Virus record (IMG/VR): IMGVR_UViG_3300021959_007005 | From: a virus | Taxonomy: Duplodnaviria; Caudoviricetes | DNA length: 64,000 bases | Direction: 5' to 3' (one strand) | Part shown: positions 48,774 to 56,825 of the stretch, piece by piece | Numbering within the stretch: position 1 is the first letter of the stretch | Layout of the letters: each line of letters begins with the position of its first letter | The notes under the pieces: generated by a model | The model's input: the letters and a program-made list of their open reading frames with translations, nothing else | What the model was told of the DNA's origin: nothing | The model's database searches: none | Made by a program: the position numbers and the translations under genes

Positions 48774-48975
48774 TGAAATATTAAATGAATACTATGATGC
48801 AGAAGATGACAATCTATCAAACAGAAAAGAGGACGATAGTCGCAAAGTGCGACTAACACTTAAACATTTAAATCGTCTAAGAAAACAACGAGAAGTGCAT
48901 AATATCGAGCATGCCAACCGCACTAAACGTGTAAAAAATATATATGCTCGCCCATCTGATAGTGGCCCAATGTAG
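48763..48975 (+). CDS. Small prohead core-like protein
   Basis: Lies between the portal and core genes; start taken at MRSNEILNE (AGGAG upstream); basic C-terminal half. Confidence 0.65.
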   Translation: MRSNEILNEYYDAEDDNLSNRKEDDSRKVRLTLKHLNRLRKQREVHNIEHANRTKRVKNIYARPSDSGPM

Positions 48976-49013
48976 CTTTAAACATTAATTTTTTATTTAT
49001 AATCGGTAAAATG

Positions 49014-49050
49014 CTCATAAAACACCCATTTTTGGGTGTTTTTGTATGAG
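49014..49050. terminator. Intergenic hairpin (terminator or RNA-processing site)
   Basis: AAAACACCCA-tttt-TGGGTGTTTT, extended by CTCATA/TATGAG. Confidence 0.55.
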
Positions 49051-49064
49051 TAAAACGTCTTGGT

Positions 49065-49072
49065 AATAAATA
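49065..49072 (+). promoter_or_regulatory. Late-type promoter AATAAATA
   Basis: TAAATA box upstream of the core-protease-scaffold-capsid operon. Confidence 0.55.
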
Positions 49073-49111
49073 ATACTTGTAAACCAAAGAACTTATCAAA
49101 GGAGAGTTATA

Positions 49112-49903
49112 ATGAGCGAACACAAGGAATCATTAGTTAAGGTCCTTGAGTATCTAGTCAACGATGAGCAGGATAAAGCTGCTGATCTTCTTCATAATGT
49201 ATTTGTAGAGAAAGCCAAAAATCATTGGGCAGCACTTACAGAGAGCGATGAAGTAGTTGAAGACGAAATTCAAGACGAAGATGACCTCGACGAAGCAATT
49301 GATGTTTCAGACGAAGAAGAAGATTTCCTCAGCGATATTGAATCAGCTGAACAGGAAATTGACGCAGAAGAAACTATGGAAGATGACATGGACGATGAAG
49401 ATGCAGAAATGGATCTAGCGTTAGACATGGAACCATCAGATGACGATGCAGAAGATGAAGCAGAAGCAGACGATGCTGAAGCAGACGCAGAAGAAGCCAT
49501 GGACAACGTAGAAGATGCAATTGCAGAACTACGTGCAGCATTTGCTGATATGATGGGTGACGATGACGAAGCTGAAGATGCACCAGAAATGGAAGAAGAA
49601 GCAATGGCTTTTGAAGAAGCATCAGACGAAGAAGTTGACGGTCTTGAAGAAGGCGCAACAATGTCAGCAGTTAGTGTATCACACAGTGATTCATCTGAAA
49701 AAGGCAGTCCAGTAGCAAGCGGTGCAGGTAATGCACATGCTTCACCACACCCAACAGATACATCAGAAGGCCCTAAAGCTAGTGCCCCTGCTGTAAAAGA
49801 TATGGGCGTAGATGGTCCGCAAGAAGCAGGTAGTCTAAGCGCAGCACCAGCAGCTAAACGTGAAGACAACAAAAGCGACAGTCCAATTAGAGGAATGAAG
49901 TAA
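49112..49903 (+). CDS. Highly acidic prohead core protein (gp67-like position)
   Basis: Very Asp/Glu-rich; lies immediately upstream of the prohead protease. Confidence 0.65.
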   Translation: MSEHKESLVKVLEYLVNDEQDKAADLLHNVFVEKAKNHWAALTESDEVVEDEIQDEDDLDEAIDVSDEEEDFLSDIESAEQEIDAEETMEDDMDDEDAEMDLALDMEPSDDDAEDEAEADDAEADAEEAMDNVEDAIAELRAAFADMMGDDDEAEDAPEMEEEAMAFEEASDEEVDGLEEGATMSAVSVSHSDSSEKGSPVASGAGNAHASPHPTDTSEGPKASAPAVKDMGVDGPQEAGSLSAAPAAKREDNKSDSPIRGMK

Positions 49904-49904
49904 T

Positions 49905-50546
49905 ATGAGTATTTCGCTAAAAGAACACTTATCACATAATCAAGCAAACCTTGTCACTGAAGCCGTCGATGACGGTAAAGGTGGTAAAAGCCTGTATATG
50001 AAGGGTATCTTTATTGAAGGCGATGTACGCAACCAGAACAACCGTATCTACACAAAAGAAGAAATTCATAGTGCTGTTAAAGCAATTAATGAAAAAATTA
50101 AAAGTGGATACAGTGTATTAGGCGAAGCTGATCACCCAGATGACCTCAATATCAATTTAGATCGTGTATCACACATGATCACTGAGATGGATACTGATGG
50201 TGCAAACGGTATCGGCAAGCTGAAACTGCTACCTACTCCAATGGGAAATATTTGTAAAACCCTTATGGAAAGCGGAGTAAAATTAGGCGTGTCTAGTAGA
50301 GGCAGCGGCAATGTTAATGACAGTGGTATAGTCAAAGATTTTGAGATTATTACTGTTGATATCGTTGCGAATCCAAGTGCACCAAGTGCTTACCCTGATC
50401 CAATTTATGAAAGAATTATGAATCATAAACGGGGGAATGTACTAATGGATGTTGCATCTGCGGTAAAACACGACGACGGCGCACAACGTTATCTCCAGGA
50501 CGAGGTGACTAACTTAATTAAAAACCTGAAGTATAGGAGAGATTAA
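49905..50546 (+). CDS. gp21: Prohead core protease gp21
   Basis: LGEADHP...INLDRVSH, GVSSRGSG and DIVANPSAPSAY motifs. Confidence 0.93.
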   Translation: MSISLKEHLSHNQANLVTEAVDDGKGGKSLYMKGIFIEGDVRNQNNRIYTKEEIHSAVKAINEKIKSGYSVLGEADHPDDLNINLDRVSHMITEMDTDGANGIGKLKLLPTPMGNICKTLMESGVKLGVSSRGSGNVNDSGIVKDFEIITVDIVANPSAPSAYPDPIYERIMNHKRGNVLMDVASAVKHDDGAQRYLQDEVTNLIKNLKYRRD

Positions 50547-50548
50547 AT

Positions 50549-51649
50549 ATGGCTCATGCAATGGATGAACTATTAAACTCTGAAGCACTTTCAGAAAATG
50601 TCAAATCTTCAATATCAGAAGCTTGGGAAACCCAAATTAATGAAGCTCGTGAGAATATCACAGCTGAGTTAAGAGAAGAATTTGCACAGCGTTACGATGC
50701 TGATAAAGCGCAAATTGTTGAAGCTATGGATAGTATGATTAGTGATGTTATTGCAAAAGAACTCGAAGAGTTTCAAGCAGATCACAATAAACTAGCTGAA
50801 GATCGTGTAGCCTATCGCAAACACATGAAGGAGCATGCAAATGTTCTTGATTCGTTTGTAATGGATACACTTCGCAAAGAAATTAAAGATCTTCGCGAAG
50901 ACAGAGTTGTGCAAGAAGCAAATATGTCTAAATTAGAAGGATTTGTTTTAGAGCAACTTACGAAAGAACTTAATGAGTTTCATGATGACAAACGCTCACT
51001 AGTTGAAGCGAAGGTCAGAATGATTAAAGAAGGTAAAGAAGTTATTAATCAAACAAAACAAAGATTTATTAACGAATCTGCTACAAAAGTAAATGCAATT
51101 CTTGAGAAAACTCTTAAGAATGAACTTACTACACTAAAAGAAGATATTCAATCAGCTAAAGAAAATAACTTTGGCCGTAAGATTTTCGAAACGTTTGCAG
51201 CAGAATTCATGAGTAGCCACTTGTCAGAAGGCACAGAGGTCGCTAAATTGAATAATATTGTTAATGAATTGAATTCGCAGATTGATGAATCTAAGAAAAC
51301 TCTTGCTGCTAAAGAGGTACAGCTAGCAGAATCAGCACGTAATTCACGTATTGTTTCTGATAAAGCAAATCGTAAGCTCGTAATGAGCGAAATGATGGCC
51401 CCATTAAACAAACAGCAAAGAGAAATAATGAATGCGTTACTTGAAAGTACACAAACTACGAAACTACAAGAATCATTCAACAAGTATCTACCATCAGTAT
51501 TAAAAGATGATGCTAAAGTAGAAACTAAAGTAAAGAAGGTAATAAGTGAATCAAATACAAATGAAATCACTGGAGACAAGCAACCTGTTGCAGAAGCAAC
51601 CGCCGGTGCGGAAATAATCAACCTTCGTAAATTAGCCGGTATTAGTTAA
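50549..51649 (+). CDS. gp22: Prohead scaffolding protein gp22-like
   Basis: Coiled coil between the protease and capsid genes; FGRKIFETFAAEF motif. Confidence 0.85.
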   Translation: MAHAMDELLNSEALSENVKSSISEAWETQINEARENITAELREEFAQRYDADKAQIVEAMDSMISDVIAKELEEFQADHNKLAEDRVAYRKHMKEHANVLDSFVMDTLRKEIKDLREDRVVQEANMSKLEGFVLEQLTKELNEFHDDKRSLVEAKVRMIKEGKEVINQTKQRFINESATKVNAILEKTLKNELTTLKEDIQSAKENNFGRKIFETFAAEFMSSHLSEGTEVAKLNNIVNELNSQIDESKKTLAAKEVQLAESARNSRIVSDKANRKLVMSEMMAPLNKQQREIMNALLESTQTTKLQESFNKYLPSVLKDDAKVETKVKKVISESNTNEITGDKQPVAEATAGAEIINLRKLAGIS

Positions 51650-51659
51650 GGAGACCGAA

Positions 51660-52820
51660 ATGACTATTAATTTAAATGAAAATTGGAACGCAACTAAAGA
51701 AGCGTTAACCGATGGTCTTACTGGAACCAAGAAAAAAGTAATGGAAACAACACTTGAGAACACTAAGAACTACCTCTCAGAGGCAGTTACAGCAGGTGCA
51801 ACTCAATCAGGTAACATTGCAACACTTAACAAAGTGATTCTTCCAGTGATTCGTCGTGTTATGCCAACTGTTATTGCTAACGAAATTGTTGGCGTTCAGC
51901 CAATGACTGGACCAGTAGGCCAGATTCACACATTACGTGTGCGTTATGCAGAAACATTCGACACAGCAACAGCTGGTGACGAAGCATTGAGCCCATTTGC
52001 AATTGCAAACGGTTACTCAGGTAATGAAACAACTAACCGCGGTGCTGCAACTTCAGCTCTTGAAGGTGAAGCAGGTAAGAAAATGAGTATTCAAGTACTC
52101 AAGCAGACTGTTGAAGCTAAAACACGTAAGCTATCAGCACGTTGGACTTTTGAATCAGCACAAGACGCACAGTCTATGCATGGTTTAGATGTTGAAGCAG
52201 AAATCATGCAAGCACTTGCACAAGAGATTACTGCTGAAATCGACCAAGAAGTTCTTTCAAGTCTTTCAAGTCTTGCAGGTACTGGTCCAGATACATACAG
52301 CCAAGCTGGCGTATCAGGTACAGCAACATTTGTTGGTGACGAGCATGCAGCTCTTGCAGTTCTTATCAACAAAAATGCAAACACAATTGCAGCACGTACA
52401 AGACGTGGCGCAGGTAACTGGGCAGTAGTTAGCCCAACAGTACTTACAGTACTACAAAGTGCAACTACATCAGCATTTGCTCGCACAACTGAAGGTACTT
52501 TTGAAGCACCTACAAACACAAAATTCGTTGGTACATTAAACGGTACTATGAGAATTTATGTTAACCAGTATGCTGCTAACGATGATGTATTAGTTGGATA
52601 CAAGGGTGCAACAGAAACAGACGCCGCGGCGTTCTATTGCCCATACATCCCACTAATGAGTTCAGGAACAGTGCTTGATCCAGGTACATTTGAGCCAGTA
52701 GTTAGCTTCATGACACGTTATGGTTATGTAGAACTAAGCAACCAAGCATCATCGCTCGGTAATGCTGCTGACTATCTTGCAAAAATTGCTGTTACAACTA
52801 ACGATCTTGCATTCTTGTAA
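51660..52820 (+). CDS. gp23: Major capsid protein gp23-like
   Basis: IRRVMP...GVQPMTGPVGQI..LR, KTRKLSARWT.E.AQD..HGLDVEAE and FYCPYIPL...FEP..FMTRYG motifs. Confidence 0.96.
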   Translation: MTINLNENWNATKEALTDGLTGTKKKVMETTLENTKNYLSEAVTAGATQSGNIATLNKVILPVIRRVMPTVIANEIVGVQPMTGPVGQIHTLRVRYAETFDTATAGDEALSPFAIANGYSGNETTNRGAATSALEGEAGKKMSIQVLKQTVEAKTRKLSARWTFESAQDAQSMHGLDVEAEIMQALAQEITAEIDQEVLSSLSSLAGTGPDTYSQAGVSGTATFVGDEHAALAVLINKNANTIAARTRRGAGNWAVVSPTVLTVLQSATTSAFARTTEGTFEAPTNTKFVGTLNGTMRIYVNQYAANDDVLVGYKGATETDAAAFYCPYIPLMSSGTVLDPGTFEPVVSFMTRYGYVELSNQASSLGNAADYLAKIAVTTNDLAFL

Positions 52821-52841
52821 TACAAGTAAATATATAATAAT

Positions 52842-52867
52842 AAAACAGGGCCTACGGGCCCTGTTTT
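52842..52867 (+). terminator. Bidirectional intrinsic terminator after the major capsid gene
   Basis: AAAACAGGGCC-TACG-GGCCCTGTTTT, an 11-bp stem with a UNCG-type loop. Confidence 0.9.
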
Positions 52868-52883
52868 CATGAGTACTGTTTTA

Positions 52884-52891
52884 TATAAATA
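52884..52891 (+). promoter_or_regulatory. T4-type late promoter TATAAATA
   Basis: Exact consensus between the terminator and the ATG at 52912. Confidence 0.7.
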
Positions 52892-52911
52892 TGTATAACA
52901 GGAGATGATAT

Positions 52912-54180
52912 ATGTCAACAAAATTTAAACAAGGTATAGAGGTTACTGGACAAGTTACTGCAACCTCTTTTAGTGGAGACGGTAGTGCATTAACCGGTGT
53001 TAGCGGTGGTGGCTCAACGACTTGGGCAAATATTACTGATATTAACAATGCTAATGGTCCATCAATAATCGCACTTGGCGCACTGGCAGGTGAAACTGGT
53101 CAGGGAACAAAAGCAGTAGCAATTGGAGAAAATGCTGGTAAAACAAGTCAAGGTAATTTTACTGTAGCAGTTGGTGGTGAAGCAGGTCTAACTGGTCAAG
53201 GCGCAGGCGGAGTTGGTATTGGTAATGAAGCTGGTAAAACAACTCAAGGTGTTGAAGCAACAGCAGTTGGTGCTAATTCTGGCAAAACAAGTCAAGGTGA
53301 AAACGCAACAGCAATTGGTAGTTATGCAGGTTTTACAAGTCAAGGTGTAGGTGCAACAGCAGTTGGTGACAGGGCAGGTGCAACAAGTCAAGGCGCAAAA
53401 GCAGTAGCAATTGGTTCTTTCGCAGGTGAAGATAATCAAAGTGCTAATGCAGTAGCAATTGGTACTGATGCTGGTAAAACAAATCAAGGCAATTTTTCTG
53501 TAGCAATTGGTATAAACGCAGGCGAAACAACACAAGGTACAGGTGGAGTAGCAATCGGTAGCAATGTAGGATCGTCGACCCAAGGTGAAAGTGCAGTAGC
53601 AATTGGCAATAACACAGGCAATCAAAATCAAGGTATAAAAGCTGTTGCGATTGGGTACCTTGCTGGTAATTCTGCCCAAGGTGATAGTGCAATAGCAATT
53701 GGACACGATGCTGGTCAATCAAACCAAGCTGCAAACTCAATTGTAATAAGTGCAACTGGTGTGGAAACAAACAACACCACGGCAAATAGTTTAGTAATTA
53801 AACCAATTAGAAATGCAAGTGGTACAACTACGTTGATGTACGATGCTACAACAGGCGAAGTAACACATACAGCAACACCAGCACAACAAACTATGATAGG
53901 AAGTGTGCAACAAATTAGTGGCCCTGGAGCAATTGACGTAACATCATACATTACTGAAATTACAACAACTGGCGCAGATGACTACACACTTGCAGATGGT
54001 GTAGCAGGACAAATAAAAATAATTAGTATGATAGTAGATGGCGGTGACGCAACAATTACTCCAACTACATTTGCTACCGGAACGACAATTACAATGGCTG
54101 ATGTAAACGATAATATAACATTACTATATGGTACAAATGGTTGGTTGAATACTGCAAACCAAGGCTCAATTATAGCATAA
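52912..54180 (+). CDS. Fibre/decoration protein with about 14 tandem 16-aa QGxxAVAIGxxAGxxx repeats (YadA-head-like beta-roll)
   Basis: The repeats are visible directly in the translation. Confidence 0.75.
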   Translation: MSTKFKQGIEVTGQVTATSFSGDGSALTGVSGGGSTTWANITDINNANGPSIIALGALAGETGQGTKAVAIGENAGKTSQGNFTVAVGGEAGLTGQGAGGVGIGNEAGKTTQGVEATAVGANSGKTSQGENATAIGSYAGFTSQGVGATAVGDRAGATSQGAKAVAIGSFAGEDNQSANAVAIGTDAGKTNQGNFSVAIGINAGETTQGTGGVAIGSNVGSSTQGESAVAIGNNTGNQNQGIKAVAIGYLAGNSAQGDSAIAIGHDAGQSNQAANSIVISATGVETNNTTANSLVIKPIRNASGTTTLMYDATTGEVTHTATPAQQTMIGSVQQISGPGAIDVTSYITEITTTGADDYTLADGVAGQIKIISMIVDGGDATITPTTFATGTTITMADVNDNITLLYGTNGWLNTANQGSIIA

Positions 54181-54196
54181 TAACTTAGGAAATATC

Positions 54197-56245
54197 ATGA
54201 GTGAAAAATATTACACACTAGGAACACATACCACTGAGCAATGGGCTGAACTACATGCCGAACTTATTGCAGACGGAAATACATACGCTAGTGTACCAAG
54301 TAGAGAAGTTACAGTCGAAGACGAAAAACTACATAGTCCGACACGTGGTAGTTACTTGCTTACACTAGAAGAAGCAACCGCATTACAAAGCGATGAACGT
54401 GTAAAATTTATTAACGAAAGTCCTGAAAAATATCCCGAAACATATATGCCACCTTGGGAAGAATTACATTGTGCAACCAACAATACACTAACTGACAGAT
54501 GGCCAAATGCATACAACAACTATCAAATGTGGACTGTTGGTAGTAGTAGTGTACAAAGTAATTTTAGCAATGCTGAACCTACAATAAATCGTACAACCGC
54601 TTTGTATAGAATGCAAACAAAACAAAATCCGTGGAAAACTGCAACAACAAATGAAAATGTTGCTATTAGCAGTAAAGTACAACAAGTTGGGGCAGGTGAG
54701 AATGTTGATATCATTTGTGCTGACAATGCTAGTTGGATTGGACATACAGAATTTATTAATAATGGTGTTACTAATGCAGTAAATCCAACAGACTATGTAG
54801 GCGGCAATGTACTTCCAGGAAATGGTATTTGTGATTGCTTAGATTTGGTATTAGACGCTCCTTATTATATTGACCCAGATTGGTTTGATGCTGATCCAAC
54901 AAATAGACTAATGACACGTTGGGACGGCACAACTGTTCCTGTGGAGAGTGTTGCACGTAGTTGGTGGCAGAGTAGTAGTCAACGTAGTGCAAGTTTATCG
55001 GCATTTGGTAATATTCCGGTCAGTGACAGCTATACTAGAAATAGAGCCAATGGTAGTAATACAACATTTCCTACTAGTGGCACACATGGTACTCAATGCG
55101 CCAGTTTAATATTTGGACGTACACATGGTTGGGCATACAATGCTAACAAATGGATTTTAAATTTATACGGTACTTACAATCCAGGTAGTATGGAAATTGG
55201 ATTTGATCTACAAAAAGTATTTCATCAGTATAAACCAGTAAACCCAACATTTGGAACAAAAGATCCAACAATGAGTTCAAACAGTTGGGGATATAGAGCT
55301 AGTGACAAAGGCGGTAGTCATTATTATTGGAGAACAAATCCAGCAGTTGCATATAGTGGAACAGGTAACGAGCCAGGATTTATCAGTTGGTTAGGTGCAA
55401 CAGGTGATGGCGGACGTTGGAAATCAGAAATGTATGACAATAGTATGACACAAGCTGGAGATGAACTTACACAAGCAGGTGTTATATGTGTGATGGCAGC
55501 AGGAAATAGTAATCAGCAACAAGTTAATCCAGATCATCCCAACTATGATAACCGCATTAGCAACAATAATACTAATACGTTCTATCAAGATACATTTAAT
55601 GAGTTTGGATTTAACGTAACAGGATCAACAAACAGACGCGGTTTTCCGCAACACATTGGTAAAACTGAAATCCAAACTGCACAAGGAAATACCACAGTTA
55701 AATTTCCAGCCATTAACATTGGTTGTTTAGATGATGATATGACAAATAACTATGATCAAGATAGAAAAGTAAACTATAGTGATATGGGAAGTGCTATTGA
55801 TTTATTTGCACCAGGGGACGGAACACTCGCCGCAACAGAAGATGTATATGGATTAGATGTTGCTAGATCAGACGCTAGTTATAGTGGATTAACAGCCATT
55901 GCTGCCTGTCGAGACACGAGATTTAGTGGTACTAGTGCCGCCTGTCCAGTAGCATGTGGATTTTTAGCAATTGCGATGCAGTATAACAGGGGCTGGACAT
56001 ATGAAGATTTGCGTAATTGGATTAAGACAAATGTACAAGTACAACCCACTACTGATATATATGTAGGCACAGAACCTACAAGCCCTACAGCAAGTTGGAG
56101 TAGTGATTATAATGCACTAAGAAGTGCTGATAGAAGAATACTTTATCAAGCAACTATTCCAGTAAGTACTGCAAACCCTATCACTGACGCTACAATATCA
56201 GGAAGTTTTATATTTTCAGGCGGTATTAGCTTGACACGAACTTAG
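54197..56245 (+). CDS. Subtilisin-like S8 serine peptidase with an N-terminal pro-region
   Basis: VDIICAD (Asp), HGTQCAS (His), AAGNS (oxyanion Asn) and FSGTSAACP (Ser). Confidence 0.85.
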   Translation: MSEKYYTLGTHTTEQWAELHAELIADGNTYASVPSREVTVEDEKLHSPTRGSYLLTLEEATALQSDERVKFINESPEKYPETYMPPWEELHCATNNTLTDRWPNAYNNYQMWTVGSSSVQSNFSNAEPTINRTTALYRMQTKQNPWKTATTNENVAISSKVQQVGAGENVDIICADNASWIGHTEFINNGVTNAVNPTDYVGGNVLPGNGICDCLDLVLDAPYYIDPDWFDADPTNRLMTRWDGTTVPVESVARSWWQSSSQRSASLSAFGNIPVSDSYTRNRANGSNTTFPTSGTHGTQCASLIFGRTHGWAYNANKWILNLYGTYNPGSMEIGFDLQKVFHQYKPVNPTFGTKDPTMSSNSWGYRASDKGGSHYYWRTNPAVAYSGTGNEPGFISWLGATGDGGRWKSEMYDNSMTQAGDELTQAGVICVMAAGNSNQQQVNPDHPNYDNRISNNNTNTFYQDTFNEFGFNVTGSTNRRGFPQHIGKTEIQTAQGNTTVKFPAINIGCLDDDMTNNYDQDRKVNYSDMGSAIDLFAPGDGTLAATEDVYGLDVARSDASYSGLTAIAACRDTRFSGTSAACPVACGFLAIAMQYNRGWTYEDLRNWIKTNVQVQPTTDIYVGTEPTSPTASWSSDYNALRSADRRILYQATIPVSTANPITDATISGSFIFSGGISLTRT

Positions 56246-56263
56246 AAAGTGCTATAGTTAGAT

Positions 56264-56788
56264 ATGAGCAATCTTAAAGAACTAACCTACGAGCATCATA
56301 AAAATGCTGAAAGACAAGATTTTGTTAAAGAACTTATGGGCGGAATTAGTAATGAACGCTATTGTGATTTCTTACATAATCAACATCCTCAATATAATGT
56401 ATTAGAAAATTTTGCAAGATTACATGGATTGACTGATGTAATTATTGCACCAAAAATACACAACGATATAACTGAACTTGAAACAGATTTAGAAGATTAC
56501 ATACCAACAATGTATCCTGTTGTCGAGCAATACTTGGATCATTTATTAAATATCAAAGATGATCCTAACAAACTTATGGCACACATATATGTAAGACATA
56601 TGGGCGATCTAAGTGGCGGACAAATGATCTCTAAACGTACACCCGGATCAGGTACTATGTACCAGTTCGACGAAGATGTTAATGTTATCAAAGACAGAGT
56701 GCGTGAAAAATTAGACGACAGTATGGCAGAAGAAGCTAAAATTTGTTTTGACTTTGCTACCCAGCTCTTTCAAGAAATGTCTGGCTAA
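56264..56788 (+). CDS. ho1: Heme oxygenase (Ho1/HemO family)
   Basis: N-terminal LKELT...H..AE (proximal His) and AHIYVRHMGDLSGGQMI distal-helix motif. Confidence 0.88.
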   Translation: MSNLKELTYEHHKNAERQDFVKELMGGISNERYCDFLHNQHPQYNVLENFARLHGLTDVIIAPKIHNDITELETDLEDYIPTMYPVVEQYLDHLLNIKDDPNKLMAHIYVRHMGDLSGGQMISKRTPGSGTMYQFDEDVNVIKDRVREKLDDSMAEEAKICFDFATQLFQEMSG

Positions 56789-56793
56789 TACAG

Positions 56794-56800
56794 CTAAATA
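56794..56800 (+). promoter_or_regulatory. Late-type promoter CTAAATA
   Basis: TAAATA box upstream of 56826. Confidence 0.5.
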
Positions 56801-56825
56801 CTCGAAACAACAGTGAGAGTGTTAT

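Noticed and set aside
49270-49947. 225-aa Ser/Ala-rich minus-strand ORF
   Set aside because: It is the mirror of the Asp/Glu-rich core gene (GAA/GAT/GCA codons read as Ser/Ile/Ala on the other strand).
53080-53740. Regularly spaced 48-nt repeats resembling a CRISPR array
   Set aside because: They are degenerate in-frame coding repeats with no invariant repeat/unique spacer structure, and no cas genes are present.
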